Sequence record: MZ501103
Length of the DNA: 64,000 bases
Origin: Escherichia phage SelmaRatti
Direction: 5' to 3' (one strand)
The notes under the pieces are model-generated. The model did not search any database. It saw nothing but the letters and a program-made list of their open reading frames with translations, and was not told where the DNA came from. Position numbers and translations under genes: made by a program. Shown piece after piece: positions 56,870-64,000 of the stretch (its first letter is position 1; the number at the start of each line of letters is the position of its first letter).

Positions 56870-58534
56870 ATGGTTATTTCCGCAGAAAAACAAATCCAGA
56901 TTCTCAACCTTGCCGCTGATTTTAATTTTTATGGTAAACGTCTGCGCGCTACTAAGCTGGAAGTTTGTGACGATATATCAAAAGCTGTTTATGATACGCC
57001 GAAACATTCCACCGCTATTTGTGACTGGCTGGAAGCAAATAAGCCAGCGAAACCGAAAGCGGCAAAAGCTGAAAAGGCGATTAAAAACGATGATCGCCCC
57101 GAAGCGGCTGGGATTGTTTCTAGTACGGTGGAGCAATGGGAAGTAAAACAAGGTAAACGCTTTATTATTACATCGATTCAGAATAATACGTTCCCACATA
57201 AAAACTTTTTAGCCTCGCTTGAACAATATGCCCAGTTTATCGGCGCTGATTTGCTTGTTTCTAAGTATATTTATAATAAAAACGGATTCCAAAATGGAGA
57301 AGGGGCAGACGGTATCAAATATGATTCCGCATTTGATAAATATATCTGCGAGAAAAATGTATTTTTAAACAATCGCCGTTTTGCTTTCATGGCTGAAATT
57401 AATGTTTTGCCAACCGCAGATTATCCGCTTTCTGGATTCGCTGAAACTGCAACGGCTTTAAATATTGAAGGGCTGGCAATTGGTCACGCTAAAATTACCG
57501 CCGAAAGCGTGCCAGCTTTAAAAGGTGGAGTAGTGCGCCGTATGTATTCAACCGGAACGGCAACGTTAAAAAACTACATTCAGCAGAAAGCAGGACAAAA
57601 GGCCGGGGCGCTGCATAATTTCGGGGCGCTTATTGTTGAGTTCGACGACGACGGGGAATTTTTTGTTCGCCAGCTTGAAACGATGGACGAAAGCGGCGTT
57701 TTTTACGATTTGAATATTTACGCCACTCCCACCGGATGCTATGAAACAACGGGGCACGTTTTAGGTTTACAATATGGCGATATTCACGCCGAAAAATTAG
57801 ATGATGATTGTGCCGTTGCGTCATGGGCTGGCGAAAATAGCTTGCTTGATATTTTAAAGCCTAAATATCAGTTTGTGCATGACGTGCATGATTTTACATC
57901 GCGCAATCACCACAACCGCGCGTCTGGTGTATTCCTAGCGAAACAGTATGCAGCCGGACGTGATAAAGTTCTGGATGATCTCATCGACACGGGGCGCGTG
58001 CTGGAATCAATGGAACGCGATTTCTCGCAAACAATCATCGTGGAGTCTAACCATGATCTGGCGCTTTCCCGCTGGCTGGATGATCGTAATGCTAACATTA
58101 AAGACGACCCAGCAAACGCGGAACTATATCACCGCCTTAATGCTGCAATCTATGAAGCTATTGCAGAAAAAGACGACACTTTCAACGTGCTAGATTATGC
58201 GCTGCGCAAGGTTGCAGGCTGTGAATTTAACGCCATTTTCCTTACTACTGATCAATCTTTCAAGATTGCAGGCATTGAATGCGGCGTACACGGTCACAAT
58301 GGCATTAACGGAAGCCGTGGCAATCCGAAACAGTTTAAGAAATTGGGCAAATTAAACACCGGACACACTCACACGGCTAGTATTTACGGCGGCGTATATA
58401 CCGCTGGCGTGGCTGGTTCCCTTGATATGGGTTACAACGTTGGCGCGTCAAGCTGGACGCAAACGCATTTAATTACCTATGCGAACGGCCAGCGCACTTT
58501 GATTGACTTTAAAAACGGCAAATTTTTCGCGTAA
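56870..58534 (+). CDS. A1: A1-like pre-early protein, SbcD/Mre11-like metallophosphoesterase
   Basis: 554 aa; phosphoesterase motifs GDIH, HDVHD, ESNHD, GVHGHNG, GHTHT; position in pre-early operon upstream of dmp. Confidence 0.6.
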   Translation: MVISAEKQIQILNLAADFNFYGKRLRATKLEVCDDISKAVYDTPKHSTAICDWLEANKPAKPKAAKAEKAIKNDDRPEAAGIVSSTVEQWEVKQGKRFIITSIQNNTFPHKNFLASLEQYAQFIGADLLVSKYIYNKNGFQNGEGADGIKYDSAFDKYICEKNVFLNNRRFAFMAEINVLPTADYPLSGFAETATALNIEGLAIGHAKITAESVPALKGGVVRRMYSTGTATLKNYIQQKAGQKAGALHNFGALIVEFDDDGEFFVRQLETMDESGVFYDLNIYATPTGCYETTGHVLGLQYGDIHAEKLDDDCAVASWAGENSLLDILKPKYQFVHDVHDFTSRNHHNRASGVFLAKQYAAGRDKVLDDLIDTGRVLESMERDFSQTIIVESNHDLALSRWLDDRNANIKDDPANAELYHRLNAAIYEAIAEKDDTFNVLDYALRKVAGCEFNAIFLTTDQSFKIAGIECGVHGHNGINGSRGNPKQFKKLGKLNTGHTHTASIYGGVYTAGVAGSLDMGYNVGASSWTQTHLITYANGQRTLIDFKNGKFFA

Positions 58535-58591
58535 TTAAATTATTTCCCTAGCGGCTTGAAATATAGCCGCTATTATAGGAGCTAAATTAGA

Positions 58592-58849
58592 ATGAAAGTT
58601 ACATTACCCAAAACATTGGACGAAAAAGTATTCATTTCACCGGATGAAATGGAATCCGGTGAAGTTTACAGCTTCGGGCCTATCCTAGCCGCCAAAACTA
58701 ATACGGATGGCATTATTACGGTCAATTATCGTGATAATGATATTGTTCCTTTTGAAGATGATGACGCTTTTTATGAGTGGCTAATCGTTAATAATTTACC
58801 CGTAGACGGTGAATTAACGCCATATCAAATGCAAATTATCATTAAATAA
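58592..58849 (+). CDS. hypothetical pre-early protein (85 aa)
   Basis: ORF with RBS AGGAG. Confidence 0.5.
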   Translation: MKVTLPKTLDEKVFISPDEMESGEVYSFGPILAAKTNTDGIITVNYRDNDIVPFEDDDAFYEWLIVNNLPVDGELTPYQMQIIIK

Positions 58850-58860
58850 AGGTATCAATA

Positions 58861-59151
58861 ATGAAAATTAATTTACCTAGTAGTGAGTTTTCCCCTAAAT
58901 CCCTTTTATTAGATGATATTATTAATCAATATTCTTACATAAACGGGGAAGTATATCGCGCTTGTTCTGACTTCCTAGATTATCCCGATTATCCAATCTA
59001 TAAGGGTGATTTCATTATACCTGTTTATAATGGTGTGCTAGTAGTATGTAAAGCTGGGGCTATTGTTATAGATAGCTGCACATTATCACAAGAAACGTTT
59101 AAAGTGCCGATAGAGTTAACTAATTATTCTACTAGTATCACAGTACAATAA
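58861..59151 (+). CDS. hypothetical pre-early protein (96 aa)
   Basis: ORF. Confidence 0.5.
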   Translation: MKINLPSSEFSPKSLLLDDIINQYSYINGEVYRACSDFLDYPDYPIYKGDFIIPVYNGVLVVCKAGAIVIDSCTLSQETFKVPIELTNYSTSITVQ

Positions 59152-59187
59152 ATTAAGTCCCTTATTAAATTAATTGGAGTCATAAAC

Positions 59188-59583
59188 ATGGATAAATCTA
59201 ACCGTATCCCATTCGATCGCGCTCAGTCTTCTATTGTTCTGGTTTATTCTAATGGTGAACGTTACCACGTCGAGGCGGGGCACGTTATTGGTGAATTGCT
59301 AGACTTTAACGAGGCGCTACAGGTTACTACTTTCGCCTATACCACGGGCAAGGCAGCAAGCCGCATTAAAGCGAAAGGCGTTTATATTGATACCATGAAA
59401 CAAGAAACCATCATTATTGACGCTGTAAAATCAGGTCTAGCCTTTGCAGTAGTCGCACCTTGCCCCGCTTGCCTCGATGATCAATTGATTAGCGCAAAAG
59501 TATATACTTGTGCGGGTATTCGTTCCAATGTATCCGGTGAGGATGTTAGTTTTATCGCTGATGCGTTGGCTTATGGTCTTTAA
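59188..59583 (+). CDS. hypothetical pre-early protein (131 aa), possible A2-like partner
   Basis: ORF with TTGGAGTCATAAAC-ATG context; A2 assignment is positional guess only. Confidence 0.45.
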   Translation: MDKSNRIPFDRAQSSIVLVYSNGERYHVEAGHVIGELLDFNEALQVTTFAYTTGKAASRIKAKGVYIDTMKQETIIIDAVKSGLAFAVVAPCPACLDDQLISAKVYTCAGIRSNVSGEDVSFIADALAYGL

Positions 59584-59596
59584 TAGTTAATTTATT

Positions 59597-59620
59597 ATTG
59601 CCCGCTGATAAATAGCGGGC
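59597..59620 (+). terminator. hairpin, weak terminator or attenuator
   Basis: TTGCCCGCT-loop-AGCGGGCAA without a strong T-run. Confidence 0.35.
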
Positions 59621-59663
59621 AATGCTGAATTAATCTAATCCCTTAAATGGAGAACGTAACAAA

Positions 59664-60398
59664 ATGAATCAAGTTAAAACGAATATTACCCGCAATTTCC
59701 CGCATATTTCCCGCGTCATGATTTGGGACTTAGACGGCACTATCGTTAATTCATTCCATCGCGTAGCGCCTTGCTTTGATGATAACGGGAATCTAGATTT
59801 AAATAAGTATTCCCGCGAAGCCTGCAAACATAATTTAATAATGCAAGATACTTTATTGCCGCTTGTTACATATATGCGCCAGTGCATGAATGACGCAAAT
59901 ACTTTAAACATTATCTGTACAGCTCGACTGATGAGAAAGTCGGACTATTATTATTTGCGTAAACAAGGCTTACGAGGGGGTGTGAATAGTAATATCCGTG
60001 TATTTTCCCGCGATACACTACACAAATATTTTAAAGCTGATAAGGTTAGCGAAATATACCACAGCAAAGACGCAGTATATAAATCTTATTATTTTGAATT
60101 ATTTAAACAGTTATATCCGAACGCTGATTTTACAATGATTGATGATCATAAAGGCGTGCTATCAGCGGCGGCATCATACGGATTTAAAACGCTGGACGCG
60201 CAAGCCGTTAACGATATTCTATCAATCGGCGTGGCATTGATAGGTGAAACCTTTATCGATGAATCTCTTGAGGATGATAATGATTATCAGTTCCTAGCCG
60301 ACCGTCTGCAATTATGTTGGGAAGGTATGACCGAGGAAGAACGCGCAGAATATAGTTGCAGCCCGCAACAATATATTGAGAAACTAAAAGTTGCGTAA
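59664..60398 (+). CDS. dmp: 5-prime-deoxyribonucleotidase, HAD-family (Dmp-like)
   Basis: 244 aa; HAD motif I in VMIWDLDGTIVNS. Confidence 0.7.
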   Translation: MNQVKTNITRNFPHISRVMIWDLDGTIVNSFHRVAPCFDDNGNLDLNKYSREACKHNLIMQDTLLPLVTYMRQCMNDANTLNIICTARLMRKSDYYYLRKQGLRGGVNSNIRVFSRDTLHKYFKADKVSEIYHSKDAVYKSYYFELFKQLYPNADFTMIDDHKGVLSAAASYGFKTLDAQAVNDILSIGVALIGETFIDESLEDDNDYQFLADRLQLCWEGMTEEERAEYSCSPQQYIEKLKVA

Positions 60399-60417
60399 TA
60401 ATTAAAGTTGAAATTGT

Positions 60418-60451
60418 TTCACCCTGCAATTAAAATGGTTGCAGGGTGAAA
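60418..60451. terminator. long hairpin between convergent dmp and HNH genes
   Basis: TCACCCTGCAA-loop-TTGCAGGGTGA. Confidence 0.45.
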
Positions 60452-60573
60452 TAGTTAGCAGGGTAATAGTAACGGGGGTGGCGGTTAGGAGACTAAGTAT
60501 TCTCCCACTAGCCACTGCACCCACCCACGCGTACGTAATCCAAAGAATTTGGTAAAAGTCATTTTAGTGCTAA

Positions 60574-61071
60574 TTAATTATGATTTGCAAACTCGCCGTG
60601 ATAATGCTCCCTGGCTTTTTTAAGCTCTTTTTCAGCCTGCTCAATGGTTTTAAAAGTTCCTACGGTAATTCTATTGCCATTTACACGTAGTTTTGCTTCG
60701 AACTTTTCCTCCCCACGTTTATATACCCCCTTAACTCCGGTAGATTCATTTTTCCATCCCGAAGAGTTTTTGCCATTCTCTGCATTTGTTGCTTTACGCA
60801 GGTTATTCCACCTATTGTTGAAAGGGTCTTGATCTTTATGATCAATGAGAAACTCACTAGGATCTTCTCCTGTCATGTATAGATACGCTACCAGATGGGC
60901 CTTATATAACCCATTACTGCCCATTGATAGGGATATTCCTGAGCTATTTCTACTGCCTGCTGGCTTACCTTTACGACTCCCTGAGTTCCAAGTAAATATA
61001 CCCGTCTCTGGATCATAATCAAATTTCTTCTGGTATTCTGCTAAGGGGAGTAGAGGTTTATGATTTGCCAT
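60574..61071 (-). CDS. HNH homing endonuclease (AP2-like)
   Basis: LIDHKDQDPFNNRWNNLRKATNAEN HNH motif. Confidence 0.7.
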   Translation of the reverse strand: MANHKPLLPLAEYQKKFDYDPETGIFTWNSGSRKGKPAGSRNSSGISLSMGSNGLYKAHLVAYLYMTGEDPSEFLIDHKDQDPFNNRWNNLRKATNAENGKNSSGWKNESTGVKGVYKRGEEKFEAKLRVNGNRITVGTFKTIEQAEKELKKAREHYHGEFANHN

Positions 61072-61255
61072 CTATCTTGAATCTCCTCCGAGAACTTCTT
61101 GAATCATCATTCCACTCCCACTCGAACTCCGCACGTTTCTCGTCAAACTTCCGCTCCCTTTCCGCAGTATATTTACGATGCTTGTTAATAGCCGCAGTCA
61201 TTCCGAAAACTCCCGCGAGTATCCCAATAATAAAAGCAATTATAATACTAAACAT
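61058..61255 (-). CDS. small membrane protein (65 aa)
   Basis: N-terminal TM helix MFSIIIAFIIGILAGVFGMTAAI. Confidence 0.45.
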   Translation of the reverse strand: MFSIIIAFIIGILAGVFGMTAAINKHRKYTAERERKFDEKRAEFEWEWNDDSRSSRRRFKIDGKS

Positions 61256-61442
61256 CTAATTCCCTCTCAATTTGCAGAATACGGGTGCTGTCACAACGTT
61301 GCAGTAGTACTAGCTTTTCTAGAGTAACTTGTTGTTGTTTTACTTGAGCTTCTAGAGTTTTTAAGCGGAGATACACGATACGAGAGACAATGAAGATTGC
61401 CCAGACTAATATTACTATTAGTGTAACTGCCATTTCCATCAT
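61248..61442 (-). CDS. small membrane protein (64 aa)
   Basis: TM helix VTLIVILVWAIFIVS; overlaps neighbours. Confidence 0.45.
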   Translation of the reverse strand: MMEMAVTLIVILVWAIFIVSRIVYLRLKTLEAQVKQQQVTLEKLVLLQRCDSTRILQIERELDV

Positions 61443-61850
61443 TTACGTTTCTCCGTTAATAAAGTTTCAATTCTAGCTAAGTGATTATCTAAGATACATT
61501 GCCCAATAATCACAATCCCTAGCAACGCAATAAGTACCCATTCCATTAAATCCACCCCGCCATAGCTGCTAACCAAAAACCTGCGAAAATAAAGAATAGG
61601 ATAGTTCCGAACCCAAAGCTATTAATCCAGCTATCGTACACTTCTCCACGTCTGCTCTTTCTTTTGTTTGACATATCTTTCATGCTCCTATAAATATGGT
61701 ATTTAAAATATTCTATAATTTGTGCATAACCAACCGTGCCTGTGAACTCCTAAAAGGACTTCTACTTTTCTTACATAGTGGTTTCTGCCAATATACCATC
61801 CAAAAAATAAAAAATTTAGTTTACTTGGATGTCTTTTTGCTTTATACTAA

Positions 61851-62117
61851 TTACAGGTAGTTAGATTGCTCTAGTTTAAATTTACAATCACCATATTTAA
61901 GATCAAACTGACTGAGATCCCACCACCCAAACTTAGTACGGAGCTGTACTACTGGAAAGCGATCTCCCTTAATACGAACTTTTTGAACCTTGAGGCCGTA
62001 ATGTTCCTCTCCCGCACCTCCAAAAGATTTTACAAATCCCGTACAAAATGGTTTGGGGGCAGGTGCACAACCAGATAACATAACTGCGGCAACTAGTGCA
62101 ATTACAAACTTTTTCAT
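61851..62117 (-). CDS. llp: Llp-like lipoprotein (receptor-blocking superinfection-exclusion candidate)
   Basis: 88 aa; signal peptide with lipobox LSGC; divergent from the receptor-binding protein gene. Confidence 0.55.
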   Translation of the reverse strand: MKKFVIALVAAVMLSGCAPAPKPFCTGFVKSFGGAGEEHYGLKVQKVRIKGDRFPVVQLRTKFGWWDLSQFDLKYGDCKFKLEQSNYL

Positions 62118-62202
62118 ATTTATCTCTCCATTTCTATTTTATGAATATATTATAGCAAAGTAGAGAGATAAAAGCAAATACATTTTTATAATAGGAGATT
62201 AT

Positions 62203-63990
62203 ATGGGTTTTTTCGCTGGAAAATATAGTGATGGTAAGACCGTACTATCTTTAAATACTGAATCTGGGGGTGACATTAATGCCCACAAAACTCCTAATGC
62301 CAATACTATATTTCATTCTGATATGCCATTTGTTCTAGTTGAGAGTACGTATGAGAGTGCGTTAAGTAATGCTGGTAATGGGTTCTTTGTATGCCAAATG
62401 CCTTCTGTAATAGCCAATTTAAAGAGTAATGACCCTGGTATGGTTATACTAACCGCTGTTGAGATAAATGGTACACATAGAGCTTTTCTTAATGGTACTC
62501 AATCCCAGGTTGGACAATTTCTTACATTTTTTGAAGATCTCTCTATTGGCAGGGCTGGTGCTGAATTAGGTCTTACGTCAGCTTTTGCATCTGGTAATAG
62601 CTTAGCACATGGTACTTATACTTATAACTCCAGTCTAGGCCATGAAGAGTCAATAGCTAGGCAAGGTACTGGTGGTACTATATCACAGGCTTCTGGGTTT
62701 AACTTATACAGACCAAAAGGGGCGTACGCCGGTGAAGCTATAGGCAGAGCATGGACTTTAGCAGGATTTCCAGCAGGAGCGTCTACAGTACCTATAGACG
62801 GTGGTAATGCTGACTACTGGCACCCTAATTGGCAAGCCCCTATAGGAGCCGCTTATAGAGGACATAATTGGTTTTACGTTTGTAACTCTAATATACGTGG
62901 TTATGTAGGTAAAAAGGGCACAGTACCAGCTAATGTTAACTTATTGTATCAATCTCCTACTTACCCTGATAAGGTTTATATATGTAAAGGTTCAACATCT
63001 AACCTAGCAGCACAGGCCGCTAAGAAAGTGTATGTGCAGGATTGGTATAACATAACTCCTACCAAAGTTATTTGGTATGTACTTAATTTGAGGTATTCTA
63101 ACGGTAATATGGGTGTATCTGGTAACCCATTTACCGGATCAGATATACTTATAACTCCATCTAATTTTACTATAAAAGGGGTTAGTCTACCAAATACTGG
63201 ATATAAGTTTATCAACCAAAATGCTTTTGGTAATTTAGGCTATAGACCAGATATGGAGTACATTGGAAATAATGCAGCGTACACTGGAGCCTTTGGAGAC
63301 ACCACTGCGCGTTGTGAAATTGTAGGATCTAGTAACGGATCTTTATGGTCTCCTGTAGATTATGGAGGGGCTAAGTCTCAGATTAGTATTTACAAGTTCG
63401 GAGCTGGTAAGCAATGGTACGTAAACTCAAGTAATAACACTATAGGTAATGAGCATGGAGCTGTGTGGAGTCCTAGTACTGTACCTTTAAGACTATTTCC
63501 TAATAATGTTGCTAGTACCTACGTTGGTGATGATATAACCCCAGCGTATCCTGGAGCAGGTAACTACTATACGGCTCTAGCTACCATAGGACTAGGATTA
63601 CCTAATGCTAACGCAACGGTAATATTAACTACGGAAGTTATTATGGGTAATATTAATACGGCTGGAGGAGCCATACGCACATACGGTGGTACTGCTTGGC
63701 AAGTACAAGGAAGAAGACAGCATAGTTACACGGAAGGTGATGGAATATTCCATCAAATATTAACCTTACCTCCTGGATACTTAGTCCCTTATCACTCCAC
63801 TACTGCATACAGTTATACTCAAACTTGGGCAAGTAGACCTGATGAGTTAACATTTAGAAGAAACGGATATATTTATACTATTAAAAATCTAGGAAATGGT
63901 AATGCTGAATTGGGCGTAATTATTCATGCTGCTGAGGCTGCAGCTATTTTCCTACCTAGATTAAGAGTAACAGTTCAACGCCTTACCTAA
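62203..63990 (+). CDS. oad: receptor-binding tail protein, pb5/Oad-like
   Basis: 595 aa; N-terminus MGFFAGKYSDGKTVLSLNTESGGD; Gly/Asn/Tyr-rich; adjacent divergent lipoprotein. Confidence 0.55.
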   Translation: MGFFAGKYSDGKTVLSLNTESGGDINAHKTPNANTIFHSDMPFVLVESTYESALSNAGNGFFVCQMPSVIANLKSNDPGMVILTAVEINGTHRAFLNGTQSQVGQFLTFFEDLSIGRAGAELGLTSAFASGNSLAHGTYTYNSSLGHEESIARQGTGGTISQASGFNLYRPKGAYAGEAIGRAWTLAGFPAGASTVPIDGGNADYWHPNWQAPIGAAYRGHNWFYVCNSNIRGYVGKKGTVPANVNLLYQSPTYPDKVYICKGSTSNLAAQAAKKVYVQDWYNITPTKVIWYVLNLRYSNGNMGVSGNPFTGSDILITPSNFTIKGVSLPNTGYKFINQNAFGNLGYRPDMEYIGNNAAYTGAFGDTTARCEIVGSSNGSLWSPVDYGGAKSQISIYKFGAGKQWYVNSSNNTIGNEHGAVWSPSTVPLRLFPNNVASTYVGDDITPAYPGAGNYYTALATIGLGLPNANATVILTTEVIMGNINTAGGAIRTYGGTAWQVQGRRQHSYTEGDGIFHQILTLPPGYLVPYHSTTAYSYTQTWASRPDELTFRRNGYIYTIKNLGNGNAELGVIIHAAEAAAIFLPRLRVTVQRLT

Positions 63991-64000
63991 AGGAGGAAAT

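Noticed and set aside
1-64000. Temperate-phage or mobile-element hallmarks (integrase, excisionase, repressor, transposase, att sites)
   Set aside because: None recognised; gene content (RNR, thyA, DHFR, tRNAs, homing endonucleases, lysis cassette) indicates a virulent phage.

Overview
This window reads as a T5-like (Demerecviridae-type) lytic phage segment; that identification rests on gene content and order recalled from phage T5, not on any search. Coordinates 1-50340 are an early region: minus-strand genes including a 929-aa P-loop ATPase, a degenerate Sir2-like ORF and anaerobic RNR NrdD, then plus-strand PhoH, class Ia RNR NrdA (interrupted by a 341-aa LAGLIDADG intein) and NrdB, DHFR, thymidylate synthase, RNase H, a tRNA cluster (about 25.8-31.5 kb) with small ORFs, a GrcA-like glycyl-radical protein, a spanin pair, dNMP kinase, a ClpP-like protease, holin, endolysin, phosphatases and many homing-endonuclease genes, driven by a repeated T5-type promoter. 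Coordinates 50340-55750 are largely non-coding apart from one gene module and hold the most unusual structure: a promoter-to-terminator unit with no ORF, two iteron families, palindromes, and a 2.8-kb five-gene minus-strand module bracketed by near-identical inverted repeats that each combine a LexA-box-like palindrome with DnaA-box clusters, next to an AT-rich tandem repeat. Coordinates 55750-60400 look like a pre-early operon (A1-like metallophosphoesterase, Dmp-like HAD nucleotidase) behind tandem sigma70-type promoters, followed by an HNH gene, small membrane ORFs, an Llp-like lipoprotein and a pb5-like receptor-binding protein. No rRNA, CRISPR array, integrase or transposase was seen. All tRNA folds were done by hand and all protein calls are motif-level; none was verified by search.
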